A DNA stretch of 64,000 nt from Gammaproteobacteria bacterium (GCA_965222155.1 CBDCTH010000012.1:2944001-3008000), one strand, 5' to 3'. Counted from the first letter of the stretch, positions 19,836 through 30,600 are shown. The notes: generated by a model from the sequence alone, not told the origin. Numbers and translations are program-made.

Positions 19836-22454
19836 ATGCGCCCCAAGGAATTTCAGGAACAGGCCCTCGAAGTATTTGAGAATTGCCTTTCCGAAATGAA
19901 AAAGCAAAAGGATGAAGTAAAAAAACGCATAACGGCCTTGGAGCAAGCCAGCCTGTCTGTTGGCGAGAGCGACCGGGATTATTTCGCAAAAACCTGGGAG
20001 GAGCTGGGGCGGCGCGGCCTTCTACCCCACGTCAAGGGACAGGACGGCGCCTTGTCGTTACCTCCTTACGTCAGACGGCAAGACAGTCATGGCCGGACGA
20101 TACCCCATATCTGCATGAAGTTGCCGACCGGCGGCGGCAAGACACTGCTGGGAGCGGCTGCCCTGGAACGAATGAAACCGGCGGCCGGACTGGTGCTCTG
20201 GATTACGCCGTCACGTGCTATTTTTCGACAAACCTGGCGCGCCTTTGCGCAGCGCTTGCATCCTTATCGTCAATACCTCGAACGCGCCTGTGGCGGGCGG
20301 GTAAAACTGTTGAAGAAGACCGACGCGTTCTCACTTGCCGACGTGGAAAATTTCCTGTGCGTGATGCCGATCATGTTGCAGGCAGCCGACCGGGAAGATC
20401 GGAATTTCCTTAAAATTTTTCGAGATAGCGGGCACTACCCTTCTTTTTTTCCCGAGCCGGACGATAAGCCCGCGAATGACAAATTACTTGAAGAGTATCC
20501 TAACCTGGAAACCGCAGATGTTACTGGTGACGAGACGGGGCCTGACCTCGCATGGGGTAAGCAGGGACCGGTCAAGCACAGCCTGTTCAACGTACTCAAA
20601 ACAGCCCGCCCCATTATCGTTCTGGATGAGGCGCACAATGCCTATACCAGGAAACGACGTTTGCGCCTCAGTGAGTTCAACCCGCGTTTTATCCTGGAAC
20701 TCTCCGCGACACCGGAAACCGGCGTCAGCAACATCCTGGTAGACGTTCCCGGGGCGGCGTTGAAGCGCGAGGAGATGATCAAGTTACCGTTGAATATACA
20801 CAATTTCGAAAATGCCGATTGGAAATATACGCTTTCCAAGGCCAAAGAGCGGCTGGACCACCTGGAGCAGGAAGCGCGCAATTTGCGCGGGGAAAGCGGC
20901 CGTTACATCCGTCCGATTATGCTGATTCGCGTGGAACGCGTCGGCCGCGATCAGCGCGACGGCCAACATGTTCATGCCGAAGACGTGCGCGATTACCTGA
21001 TGGCACAACTGCGGGTGCCGGAAGACTATATTCGACGAAAAACCGCGGAAAAAGACGAAATTGCCGATGAGGATCTGCTTTCGCCTTATTCCACCGTCCG
21101 TTATATTTTGACAAAAGACGCGTTGCGCGAAGGCTGGGATTGTCCTTTTGCTTACGTGCTGACGTTACTCGATTCCACCAGCACGACCCGGGCGTTGACG
21201 CAAATGACCGGGCGGGTCCTGCGACAACCCGATACGGAACTGACCGGACGGACGAAACTTGATGAGTCGTACATCTACTGTTTTGATCGCAACGTCGGGG
21301 AGGCAATAGTAAACGTCAAGCGCGGACTGGAACAGGAAGGCATGGGTGACCTGGGTGAATTTATCCGCAGTGGACCGGAGGACGGGAAAAATGGCAGCGG
21401 GGGTAAGCTGATTACTGCCCAAAGGCGAGAGCGGTTCCGCGATATGCAAGTCTTTCTGCCGCAGGTACTGCATCGTGCTGGTAGACGTTATCGTTTATTA
21501 GACTATGAAAACGACGTTCTTGGTGGGGTTGACTGGGGCGCGATTGCTACGGCCCCCCTGGATATGGATTATGCTGCAATGGACGAAATTCGGGAAATTA
21601 CCACCCTCGTGGACTTGCCGGGTTTCGACTACGATACCGACGAAGAAAAGCTGGAAGTGGAAAAACAGCTCACTGCTGAATTTTTCAGCCGCCGTATTTA
21701 TGAAACCCTGCCTAATCCGTTCCTGGCAGCACAAGTAGTGGAGAGGATGCTGAATACGCTTCGTCAGCAATATACAGACGACGATATCTTTGACCGCCGT
21801 TACCACCTCTCCGAAATACTGAAACGGCGATTGGCCCAACTCGTCGAGCACGAGGCGCAGGCCATATTTCATCGCAAGTTGCAGCACCACGACATCCGTT
21901 TTGAATTGACCGCCGATGAAGACGGGTTCGAGTTCGTACAGGAATTAGACAAGATAGTGGAAGAAAACCAACTGCAACTCTTCGGTCAATACGCTGAGCC
22001 ACTACAGAAATCTTTGTATGAAAAGGTGTATGCCAGGGAGTTCAACGGTTTGGAAAAAGACTTCGCCATCTACCTGGATGGTTATAGCGCCGTTACCTGG
22101 TGGCATCGCTTTGCCGCCCGACAGGATTATGGTCTCCAGGGTTGGAAACGCAATCGCGTGTATCCCGACTTTGTCGTTTGCGTGGGACGAGGTACTGGTA
22201 ACGGCAATACCCGCCGCGTCCTGGTAATCGAGACAAAGGGCCTGCAATTGGCCGGCAATGCTGATACCGAGTACAAGAAAAAACTATTTGAAGTATTGGA
22301 AACGGCAGAACCACGCATGGTTGAATACGGCGCCATGAAGCTCTCTAAAAGTAAGCGACGAGCGCATCGCATGTCTTTGAATATGCTGTTTCAGGACAAT
22401 TACCGGGAGGAATTCGAGCGCTTAAACAGGACTACCGCGTCGATTACTGAATAG
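19836..22454 (+). CDS. res: Type III R-M restriction subunit Res (SF2 ATPase plus PD-(D/E)XK nuclease)
   Basis: PTGGGKT, LDEAH, SAT, LREGWD, QMTGRVLRQ, YPDF...IETKG. Confidence 0.9.
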   Translation: MRPKEFQEQALEVFENCLSEMKKQKDEVKKRITALEQASLSVGESDRDYFAKTWEELGRRGLLPHVKGQDGALSLPPYVRRQDSHGRTIPHICMKLPTGGGKTLLGAAALERMKPAAGLVLWITPSRAIFRQTWRAFAQRLHPYRQYLERACGGRVKLLKKTDAFSLADVENFLCVMPIMLQAADREDRNFLKIFRDSGHYPSFFPEPDDKPANDKLLEEYPNLETADVTGDETGPDLAWGKQGPVKHSLFNVLKTARPIIVLDEAHNAYTRKRRLRLSEFNPRFILELSATPETGVSNILVDVPGAALKREEMIKLPLNIHNFENADWKYTLSKAKERLDHLEQEARNLRGESGRYIRPIMLIRVERVGRDQRDGQHVHAEDVRDYLMAQLRVPEDYIRRKTAEKDEIADEDLLSPYSTVRYILTKDALREGWDCPFAYVLTLLDSTSTTRALTQMTGRVLRQPDTELTGRTKLDESYIYCFDRNVGEAIVNVKRGLEQEGMGDLGEFIRSGPEDGKNGSGGKLITAQRRERFRDMQVFLPQVLHRAGRRYRLLDYENDVLGGVDWGAIATAPLDMDYAAMDEIREITTLVDLPGFDYDTDEEKLEVEKQLTAEFFSRRIYETLPNPFLAAQVVERMLNTLRQQYTDDDIFDRRYHLSEILKRRLAQLVEHEAQAIFHRKLQHHDIRFELTADEDGFEFVQELDKIVEENQLQLFGQYAEPLQKSLYEKVYAREFNGLEKDFAIYLDGYSAVTWWHRFAARQDYGLQGWKRNRVYPDFVVCVGRGTGNGNTRRVLVIETKGLQLAGNADTEYKKKLFEVLETAEPRMVEYGAMKLSKSKRRAHRMSLNMLFQDNYREEFERLNRTTASITE

Positions 22455-24492
22455 CAGTTGTAGCCGTTGCCTGCTGCATCCCGCAGTCGTCAGCCAGAAA
22501 ATCCAGCAGCGTGCTGTAGAAATCCAGGTAGTGCCGGTAACTCAGGGTGTCGACCGTATGTGCGGCATCCACCAGCTTCAGATATTTATACGGCTTACTC
22601 CGTTTTTCCAGCTCCCGCGCAAACAGGTCGCTGTGCTTGATCGGCACGATCAGGTCGCGGTCGCCATGCACGAGCAACACGGGGATATTGACGGCATCCA
22701 TATTGCGGATAGGGGATAGTCCGCCTCGCCATTTCTGGATGACGTCGCGGAACCGGTAACGCCATACGTCTTTCGCGATCAACTCCATGCTGCTCACCCC
22801 GGCGCCCGGGACAGCACAGCGATAAAGATTGGGTTCACGCATGGAACCCACCATTGCGGAGTAACCGCCGTAGCTCCAGCCGAAGATCGCCATCCTGTCC
22901 GGGTCGGCAATGCCCTGCTGCACCAGGTAACGCATGCCGTCATCCACGTCATCCTGCATCTTGTAGCCCCATTGTTTATTCCCGGCGCTGTAATACTCGT
23001 ACCCGAACCCGGTGGAGCCGCGGTAATTGGGTTGCAGCACGGCATAACCGCGGGTCGCCAGCAGTTGTGGCCACTCATCCCAGAAAGACGAATTCCAGTG
23101 CAGTGAATCACGGCTGCGCGGACCGCCGTGAGGATGGGCAATGGCCGGATACGGCGGTTCCCCGCTGGTTGGCAATGTCAGCACCGCGTTGATCTTCATA
23201 CCGTCATGGGCCTCGTACCAGATGACCTTACGTTCTCCCAGTTGATCAGGTTCGATAGCAGATGCCCTGCCCAGGAGTTGTATACTCTGGCGGTCCCGCA
23301 ACAGGTAGTAACGGCCCGGTTCCTTCGGCCCCATGGTGTGGATGATGATGTACTTGTCCTGTGCCGCGCGGTCGTGGATCTTATTGAAGTTGCCCTGGGG
23401 CAGGACCGCGTCGATTGATTGCTGCAGGGCTGCGGCAGCCTCGTCAATAAAATGGATACGGGAGGAGTCGCCCACGTAGTAGAATCCCACCAGTTGCGGG
23501 TCATCATCGCCGTCCACACATTCCTGCGAGATACATGCGGTAACAACATCTCTTGCATCATAGCGATTGGTGGCGAACAGTAATTCCGGCTCCGCCGCCG
23601 GGTGTAACATGTCGAACAGGTAGATCCCTTGCGTGTCGCGCTCCCTGGCCCAGCGAACATACGCCTTGTTATAGTCCGGCGGTTCAAATTCCAGGATTTC
23701 CACATAGCGATCCTCATCAACGTCCCAGGTCAGCCAGTCCGTCCAGTCGCTCCAGTCGTCTCCCCGCCGGGTCCGGAACTGCAGGGTAATCGTGTTATCG
23801 TTACGGTTGGCGCGGCTGCGCACCCGTGCGTACCCGTCCTTGTCGAACTCGTAGCCGAAGTAGTCTGCCGAGAACTTGAAAACCGGCCGCGGCTGACCGT
23901 TGTTCACATTGACCTTGAACACCTCGGTGCCGTTTTCCTCGGCATTGAACCATTCGATCAACACCCAGTCCTCTTGTGCAGGCAGGCGCGAGACGACCCT
24001 GGGACTGAACAACCGTTGTACGAAGGTCTCGAACGCAAAGCGCGTGATATTCGATTTGCTCGGCAACTCGACCCAGGCACCCCCGTCAATCCCCACGGAC
24101 AGCAGTTTCCAGGCATAGGTCTTTACTTTTCCGGGCCCGCCGATGCCCGCCGAATTGTAGCCAATGCGCCGCCCCGGCACCTCCACCGGTTGCCGCGTAC
24201 GGATCAGCACGCGTTTGTCATTGGCCCAGTTGACCCCGACGATGTCCATATGTTCCGACCCCAGCGTGTGGGGGTCCCTGTCCATATGTCCGGTTTCATA
24301 CACATCCACTACATAGTTCAAGCCGCGTCCGGCCAAACGCATGACTGCCAGGTGTTCACCTGACGGAGACAGGTCAACGTCACGCACGATGGGCCGCATG
24401 GCAAACTTTTCAAGGCTGGGCATCTCGTTCGCGGCGACGCTTACCACGAGCAGGGACGGGATTATAGAAAGGAGAACGGTTAGTTTTTTCAT
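22444..24492 (-). CDS. Exported S9 family (prolyl oligopeptidase-like) peptidase
   Basis: Signal peptide from MKKLTVLLS (24492); HGGP, NYRGSTG, GWSYGG, HGDRD, catalytic His in AAH. Confidence 0.92.
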   Translation of the reverse strand: MKKLTVLLSIIPSLLVVSVAANEMPSLEKFAMRPIVRDVDLSPSGEHLAVMRLAGRGLNYVVDVYETGHMDRDPHTLGSEHMDIVGVNWANDKRVLIRTRQPVEVPGRRIGYNSAGIGGPGKVKTYAWKLLSVGIDGGAWVELPSKSNITRFAFETFVQRLFSPRVVSRLPAQEDWVLIEWFNAEENGTEVFKVNVNNGQPRPVFKFSADYFGYEFDKDGYARVRSRANRNDNTITLQFRTRRGDDWSDWTDWLTWDVDEDRYVEILEFEPPDYNKAYVRWARERDTQGIYLFDMLHPAAEPELLFATNRYDARDVVTACISQECVDGDDDPQLVGFYYVGDSSRIHFIDEAAAALQQSIDAVLPQGNFNKIHDRAAQDKYIIIHTMGPKEPGRYYLLRDRQSIQLLGRASAIEPDQLGERKVIWYEAHDGMKINAVLTLPTSGEPPYPAIAHPHGGPRSRDSLHWNSSFWDEWPQLLATRGYAVLQPNYRGSTGFGYEYYSAGNKQWGYKMQDDVDDGMRYLVQQGIADPDRMAIFGWSYGGYSAMVGSMREPNLYRCAVPGAGVSSMELIAKDVWRYRFRDVIQKWRGGLSPIRNMDAVNIPVLLVHGDRDLIVPIKHSDLFARELEKRSKPYKYLKLVDAAHTVDTLSYRHYLDFYSTLLDFLADDCGMQQATATTAIQ

Positions 24493-24547
24493 CAGCGCCG
24501 CCCTGGATTGTAGCGCGTTACCTTGAAAACAGATCTCCCCCTTTTTT

Positions 24548-27500
24548 TCAGAAAAAGGAGGATAGATCATAGCTGAAGGTAGCGAAAATTCTGCGATCCA
24601 GCAGACTGTAGCCTGCGCCCAGGGGAATATTGTAGTTGACGTTCGTGGCTACGGCTGGGCTGAAGCCCCCCCAGCCTACCACGGGCGGCGTTTCGTCGAA
24701 GACGTTGCGCACGCCGACGACCAGGAAGAAACGCCGCTTCGGGTCGCGATAGCGGATCGCCAGGTTGTGAAAGAATCTGTCTCCTGCATCAGCTATGTTC
24801 GTGACACTCTCGTCCTGGGGAAGCTCATAGATGGGTTCCTCATCGGTTGAGCCGATGTAGTCCGTCGTCCAGACAAAGGTAACATCGCGCCAGATAAAGC
24901 GCGCTTCCGACTCGCCACGCCAGCTTGCATAGGCATGCCGGCCGGCATAATTGGTCGGTTTCCCATCGCCCAGTCCATACTGGTAGGAGAGCAGACGCGC
25001 GGCCAGTATGTCCACGCTGAGGTCGCCGAAGGAGAATTCACGATCGGCGCGTACGGTGATGTCGTAACCCGTCGATTTCTCGACGGCGATGTTGATAAAG
25101 GATGAGTTGACGGCTTCGAGATGGCCGTCCGGCCGGCGTTCTCCGACCAGGCTGCACTCTTCGGCTGAAAAGTTCACTGAATTGTAACAGCGGGACAGGA
25201 TTGCACTGGCGCTGAGCCGGGAGATGGAATTCTTGAGATCGATATTATAGTAATCAAATGCCAGACTCAGGTCGAGGCCGAGGGCGGGAAAGCGGCCGGC
25301 CAGGTCCGGCGTTACGACAAATCCCAGGCTCCAGGAGTCCGAGGTTTCCGCCTCCAGGTCAGGGTTGCCGCCCCTGATCACCGGGATGCTCGACGTGGAG
25401 GTGAACTCGGGCGGAATAATCCCTTGCGCCTCTAGTGCTTCACAGTTCTTATACGCGTTGCTGCCGGGTTCATTTTCGCTGGACGGATCGCGGAAATTAT
25501 CGCAGGGATCAGCCCTGGAAGTCACAAAGTCCCTCTGGTTGGCCAGGTTCAAATGGTACAGCGCCGGCGCTCGAAACGAGGTGCCGAGTGCCGAACGTAC
25601 CCGCAACACCGGGTTGACCGCGTAATTGAACAGCAGGCGCCAGGTTGAATCGCTACCGTAGGAACTGTAGTGGGTGTAACGGTAGGACCCGTTTACTGTG
25701 AGTTCTTCCGCCACGCTGACACCACCCACCTTGAAGCCCGAAAGCAACGGCACTTCCACCTCCGTATAACCCTCGATCACGCGGTCATCGCCCCTGGTGA
25801 TGCCGGCCGCAGAAAATCCCCACTGGTTATCGTCCACCGAAGCCTGGGGCGGACGGTCATCGAGGCTGCGGCTGCGCCAGTCCATGCCTAGCACGGCGCG
25901 CACTTCGCCGGCCGGCATATCAAACATCCGTCCCTCCAGGTAGAAACCCGCAGTCCAGAGATCGTAATCAGTCTTGAGCTTCACCTGTTCGCTGATATAG
26001 TCTGCCGCTTCCTGTGAGATGTCACCGTGGCGCAGGGTATCCTCGTTAAACAGGTCCAGGGGAATGCAGTTCGGGTCAGGGCCTTCAGCCAGGATACGAT
26101 CCGGCAGCGCGCCTTCAAAACTGGCCGCAAACAGAAGCTGGTCCGGGTCCAGCACACAGTGAAGCGTTCCATCAGCGTCGACTGCGGAGGACAAGGACCG
26201 CGCCACCTTGTCCTTCAGCCAGGTATCATAGGTCCACTCGCCGCGACTCAAGGAATAGCCGCCGTCAATCTTCCAGGTGAAGCCGCCCAGGTCCCCTTCA
26301 AGACCCAGTCGCAGCGCGGCGATATCGTTCTTCACTTCCCTGACCGGATCCAGCATGTTGTAGCTCATGACTGCCGGCTGGGCAATCCCCCCGAAAAAGC
26401 CGAATAGGTTGGTCGGGTTGCCGGGATGAACGAAAGGAAAGAATTGCCGGTGCCCGCCGTGATAACTCTGATCGCGATGGGTGTAGTAGAACTCATAGCT
26501 TGCGCTGACTGTGCCCAGCGTGTCGCCCAGGTCGAAATCCAGCAGGCCGTCACTGTAAACCTGGATACGCTGGCGCTCCGGGATCAATTGTTCCTCGCCC
26601 CAGTTGCGGTCGTCGCGGTAGCCCTCTTCTGCCACAATCCCGCCGTCAATTTCAGCAAATCTGCGCCAGGGAAGACCGGTGTTGAAAAAGTTGGCTTGTG
26701 GGTCGCGCACCAGGGTAAACGGAGCGCCTACACCATATACATCAACGAAACCGTGTACCTGGCCGAAACAGCGACCGTCGCGGGTGGGCGCATAACGTGA
26801 AGGGTGTACCCCGCCATTTGTCAACGGACGTTCCTCGCAGAAGCTGTAATCCTGTTCATCCCGTCCTACCGGTCCAAGCGTTGATAATTCAACCCCGACG
26901 TCAATATAACCGCGGTCCCAGGTCTTGCCGTAGAGACCGCTTACGGAACCGTAATCGAGTTCATCCTGGTAGTAACCTTCAAGGATGAAGTCATCGAAGC
27001 GTTTCTTGGTAATGATGTTCACCACCCCGGCGATAGCGTCGGCGCCATAGATGGAAGAGGCGCCGTCCTTCAATATTTCGATACGGTCTATCGCGACGTC
27101 CGGAATCGAGTTCAGATCGATGCTGTTGACCTGGCCGCGGGTGCCCGCCGGGGTAAACCGCCGGCCGTTTACCAGTATCAGGGTGCGGCCCGGGTCCAGG
27201 CTGCGCAGGCCGAAGGTATTGACGCCGGGGCCGCCCGACACCACGAAACCGCCGAAACTGTTGTCGACCTGGGCACCGGAGGCCAGGGCGCTTGATTGCA
27301 GGAGCTCCGATGTGTTGGCAAGTCCTGCCAGAATTGCACTCTCTTCGGTGATAACCGTCAGCGGCAGCGCGCTGGTAAAGGCATCGCGTCTTATGCGCGA
27401 ACCGGTGACGATGATCTCCTCCGTTTCCTCCTGTTCAACAGCTTGCGCCATATCTTCTGCAGCCTCGGTATCCGCTTCCGGCTGGTTGCGGGCAGCGGTC

Positions 27501-27667
27501 TGCCCTGAGTCCTGCTGCGAGCCCTTCGCTTCTGTCTGCGGAGCCGGTTCCTGTTCAACTTCCCCGGGGACGGGCGGGTTATCTCCCGCTTGCGCGGCAA
27601 CCTGCCCGGCATGCCACGGCAATCCGAAACCAAGCACAGCCAGTACAATGAATAATCGTTGCAACAC
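24548..27667 (-). CDS. Large TonB-dependent receptor
   Basis: EEIIVTGSRI, RIEILKDGASSIYGADAIAGVVNIIT, SFRAP, GNPDLEAETS, C-terminal F. Confidence 0.95.
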   Translation of the reverse strand: MLQRLFIVLAVLGFGLPWHAGQVAAQAGDNPPVPGEVEQEPAPQTEAKGSQQDSGQTAARNQPEADTEAAEDMAQAVEQEETEEIIVTGSRIRRDAFTSALPLTVITEESAILAGLANTSELLQSSALASGAQVDNSFGGFVVSGGPGVNTFGLRSLDPGRTLILVNGRRFTPAGTRGQVNSIDLNSIPDVAIDRIEILKDGASSIYGADAIAGVVNIITKKRFDDFILEGYYQDELDYGSVSGLYGKTWDRGYIDVGVELSTLGPVGRDEQDYSFCEERPLTNGGVHPSRYAPTRDGRCFGQVHGFVDVYGVGAPFTLVRDPQANFFNTGLPWRRFAEIDGGIVAEEGYRDDRNWGEEQLIPERQRIQVYSDGLLDFDLGDTLGTVSASYEFYYTHRDQSYHGGHRQFFPFVHPGNPTNLFGFFGGIAQPAVMSYNMLDPVREVKNDIAALRLGLEGDLGGFTWKIDGGYSLSRGEWTYDTWLKDKVARSLSSAVDADGTLHCVLDPDQLLFAASFEGALPDRILAEGPDPNCIPLDLFNEDTLRHGDISQEAADYISEQVKLKTDYDLWTAGFYLEGRMFDMPAGEVRAVLGMDWRSRSLDDRPPQASVDDNQWGFSAAGITRGDDRVIEGYTEVEVPLLSGFKVGGVSVAEELTVNGSYRYTHYSSYGSDSTWRLLFNYAVNPVLRVRSALGTSFRAPALYHLNLANQRDFVTSRADPCDNFRDPSSENEPGSNAYKNCEALEAQGIIPPEFTSTSSIPVIRGGNPDLEAETSDSWSLGFVVTPDLAGRFPALGLDLSLAFDYYNIDLKNSISRLSASAILSRCYNSVNFSAEECSLVGERRPDGHLEAVNSSFINIAVEKSTGYDITVRADREFSFGDLSVDILAARLLSYQYGLGDGKPTNYAGRHAYASWRGESEARFIWRDVTFVWTTDYIGSTDEEPIYELPQDESVTNIADAGDRFFHNLAIRYRDPKRRFFLVVGVRNVFDETPPVVGWGGFSPAVATNVNYNIPLGAGYSLLDRRIFATFSYDLSSFF

Positions 27668-27702
27668 GGCTATTTCTCCCCTGTTGATTGCGCCGGAACT
27701 GT

Positions 27703-29463
27703 TCAGGAATTATAAATGAGTCTGATACCCAATTCACGTAACTGTTGTGCGGAGGCGGCCGCTGGCGCGGAGGTGAGCAGGCAACTGGCGGTCTGGGTCT
27801 TGGGAAATGCGATGACATCACGGATTCCTTTTGCCCCGGCCATAATCATGACGATGCGGTCCAGTCCGAAGGCGATACCGCCGTGGGGCGGGCAACCGTA
27901 GGACAGGGCGTCAATGAGGAAACCGAATTTCTCCCGGGCCTGTTCTGCATCGATACCCAGCAACGCCAGGACTCTCAGTTGCAGTTCTGGATCGTGGATA
28001 CGGATTGAACCACCGCCCAGTTCCATACCGTTCAGGACCAGGTCATAGGCCCGTGACAGGCTTTCGTGGAGGTTCTCTCCCGCTTCTGCCGTTTGCGGCG
28101 CGGTAAAAGGATGATGCAGCGAATCCCAGCGATGCTCGGTTTCGTTATATTCAAACAGCGGAAAATCCACCACCCATAACGGCGCCCAGTTTCCCTGCAG
28201 CAGGTTCAGGTCCTCGGCCAGCGCGCTGCGCAGGGCATTGAGCGAGTCGTTGACGATGCGGGCCTTGCCGGCGCCAAAGAAAACAATATCGCCGGACTGG
28301 GCATGCGTGCGTTCCAGCACGGCGTGAACCGTCTCCTCAGGCAAAAACTTAAGAATGGGCGATTGCAGGCCGGCGCTGCCCCGGTCGAGATCATTGATCT
28401 TGATATAGGCCAGGCCCTTGGCGCCATATTTGCCGATGTATGCAGTATAGTCATCGATTTCCTTGCGCGTAAGCCTATTACCTCCAGGCAGGCGCAGGGC
28501 GGCAACCCGGCCGCGGGGCTGGTTGGCCGGACCGGAGAATACCTTGAACTCCACCTGTTTCATCAGGTCGCCCACCTCGACCAGTTCCAGCGGATTGCGC
28601 AAATCCGGCCGGTCCGTGCCGTAGCGTTGAACGGCTTCAAAATAAGTCATGCGTGGGAACGGATCCGGGAGTTCAATGCCTTTTACCTGCTTGAACAGGG
28701 TACGCATCATATCTTCCACCAGGCCGGTCACGTCATCCTCATCGACAAATGACATTTCCATATCAAGCTGGGTAAATTCGGGTTGCCGGTCCGCACGCAG
28801 GTCCTCATCGCGAAAACACCGGACGATCTGGTAATACCGATCCATACCCGACATCATCAGCAGTTGTTTGAACAGTTGCGGCGATTGCGGCAAAGCAAAG
28901 AATTCGCCCTGCTGGGTCCGGCTCGGCACCAGGTAATCACGGGCGCCTTCCGGGGTTGCCTTGGTAAGAACGGGGGTTTCAATATCAAGAAAGCCGCGCC
29001 CGTCAAGGTAATCACGGATAGCCCGGGTAACCCGGCTGCGCAGCTTCATGTTGTCCTGCATGGTTTCCCGGCGCAGGTCCACGTAACGGTAACGCAGGCG
29101 GATATCATCCTGGACGTTCTCATCATCCAGTTGAAAAGGCGGCGTTTTGGCTTTGTTCAATATTTCGATGGTGTGTCCCAATACCTCCACTTCACCGGTC
29201 GGCAGGTTCGGGTTGAGCGTGCCTTCCGGACGCCGGCGTACCCGGCCGGTAATGCGAATCACGAATTCATTCCTGAGCGTCTCGGCAAGCGCAAATGGAT
29301 CGGCCCGGTCAGGGTCGTAGACAACCTGGGCCAGCCCTTCCCGGTCTCGCAAATCAATAAAGATCACTCCGCCATGATCGCGCCGCCGGTGTACCCAGCC
29401 GCACAATGCGACTTCCTCACCGATCATTCCGGCTGTCAATTGTCCACAATAATGACTGCGCAT
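27703..29463 (-). CDS. aspS: Aspartate-tRNA ligase, likely non-discriminating (Asp/Asn)
   Basis: [48 protein letters not shown]. Confidence 0.98.
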   Translation of the reverse strand: MRSHYCGQLTAGMIGEEVALCGWVHRRRDHGGVIFIDLRDREGLAQVVYDPDRADPFALAETLRNEFVIRITGRVRRRPEGTLNPNLPTGEVEVLGHTIEILNKAKTPPFQLDDENVQDDIRLRYRYVDLRRETMQDNMKLRSRVTRAIRDYLDGRGFLDIETPVLTKATPEGARDYLVPSRTQQGEFFALPQSPQLFKQLLMMSGMDRYYQIVRCFRDEDLRADRQPEFTQLDMEMSFVDEDDVTGLVEDMMRTLFKQVKGIELPDPFPRMTYFEAVQRYGTDRPDLRNPLELVEVGDLMKQVEFKVFSGPANQPRGRVAALRLPGGNRLTRKEIDDYTAYIGKYGAKGLAYIKINDLDRGSAGLQSPILKFLPEETVHAVLERTHAQSGDIVFFGAGKARIVNDSLNALRSALAEDLNLLQGNWAPLWVVDFPLFEYNETEHRWDSLHHPFTAPQTAEAGENLHESLSRAYDLVLNGMELGGGSIRIHDPELQLRVLALLGIDAEQAREKFGFLIDALSYGCPPHGGIAFGLDRIVMIMAGAKGIRDVIAFPKTQTASCLLTSAPAAASAQQLRELGIRLIYNS

Positions 29464-29502
29464 GGGCTGGTCCTGGTTGTTGTATCGGTGAAGCCGGGCA
29501 GT

Positions 29503-30147
29503 TCAGGCGTCAACAGCGGCTTTACTGCCCTGCATGAGTTGCCTGACTTTCCCGTCGGGCACAATGACGCCCATGGAAATGATGAATTTGAACCCGTCTT
29601 CAACTGACATGTCCAGTTCAATAATATCCCGTTTGGGGATCAGCAGGTTAAACCCCGATGTAGGGTTGGGTGTGGTGGGCAGATAGATTGACTGAAGCTG
29701 CAGATCGGTAATGCCGTGGTCCGTGTCAACCTGTTCATTGCTGAGAAAACCGATGCACCAACTCTCCTTGCGCGGATATTCAATCAGGACAACCTTGCGA
29801 AACGAGTTGCTCTGCGTGGCCAGCAGGGTGGTGGATATCTGTTTGACGCTGTTGTAAATAGTGCGCACCAGCGGAATCTTGCCAAGCGCCGTTTCCCAGA
29901 TCAGCACCAGGCGCCGGCCCAGCAGGTTTGCCGCAAACATGCCGGTGATGACCAGGATAGCGACGGCCAGAATGATGCCGAACCCCGGGATACTGAATCC
30001 CAGTAGCGCTTCCGGCCGATAGTCCGGCGGCAACAGCAGGATGGTCCTGTCGAGGATATCGATAACGAATTTGATGATGGCCACGGTAATCACCAGGGGC
30101 AGCCATACAAGCAGGCCGGCAATAATGTATTTTCGCAAGGTTGTCAT
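29503..30147 (-). CDS. DUF502 membrane protein
   Basis: AGLLVWLP, IPLVRTIY, PTTPNPTSGF; conserved position before aspS. Confidence 0.92.
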   Translation of the reverse strand: MTTLRKYIIAGLLVWLPLVITVAIIKFVIDILDRTILLLPPDYRPEALLGFSIPGFGIILAVAILVITGMFAANLLGRRLVLIWETALGKIPLVRTIYNSVKQISTTLLATQSNSFRKVVLIEYPRKESWCIGFLSNEQVDTDHGITDLQLQSIYLPTTPNPTSGFNLLIPKRDIIELDMSVEDGFKFIISMGVIVPDGKVRQLMQGSKAAVDA

Positions 30148-30228
30148 CGCTTTATCAGCAGTTTGCTGCCGTCACCGGCATGTCTTCGATACCCTGTTAC
30201 CAGGGTGAATATTCGTCCGGACGCCTGC

Positions 30229-30600
30229 TCAGCCGGCCGGGGTTGAAGTTGCCGTACTTCCACTGTCTGCCTTGGTTGCGGCCTTTGTCTCTTTGGTGGC
30301 GCCTGTATCCTCTGATGTTTTTCCGGTGTCTTTTTTCTTCTCTTCGGCTCCTGTGCTCTTCCCGGCAGCGGATTCCGTAGCCTTCTCGTCTTCCTTGGCC
30401 ACATTCTTTCTGGATTTCTCGTCCTTGAAGTCCGTCTCATACCAGCCGCCGCCCTTGAGCCGAAACGCAACCGCTGAGACCAGTTTGTGCAGGCCCGGTT
30501 CCTCACACGCGGGACAATCCTTCAGCAGCTCATCGGAGATCTTTTGCAGTTTCTCGAGTTTATGACCACAGACTTTACATTCGTACTCGTAAATCGGCAA
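30229..30600 (-). CDS. FmdB-family zinc-ribbon protein
   Basis: PIYEYECKVCGH..CPAC..FRLKGGGWYETDF plus low-complexity tail; TTG start. Confidence 0.92.
   Translation of the reverse strand: MPIYEYECKVCGHKLEKLQKISDELLKDCPACEEPGLHKLVSAVAFRLKGGGWYETDFKDEKSRKNVAKEDEKATESAAGKSTGAEEKKKDTGKTSEDTGATKETKAATKADSGSTATSTPAG

Noticed and set aside
22444-27667. Lasso peptide or other RiPP cluster
   Set aside because: No precursor, cyclase or leader peptidase genes.
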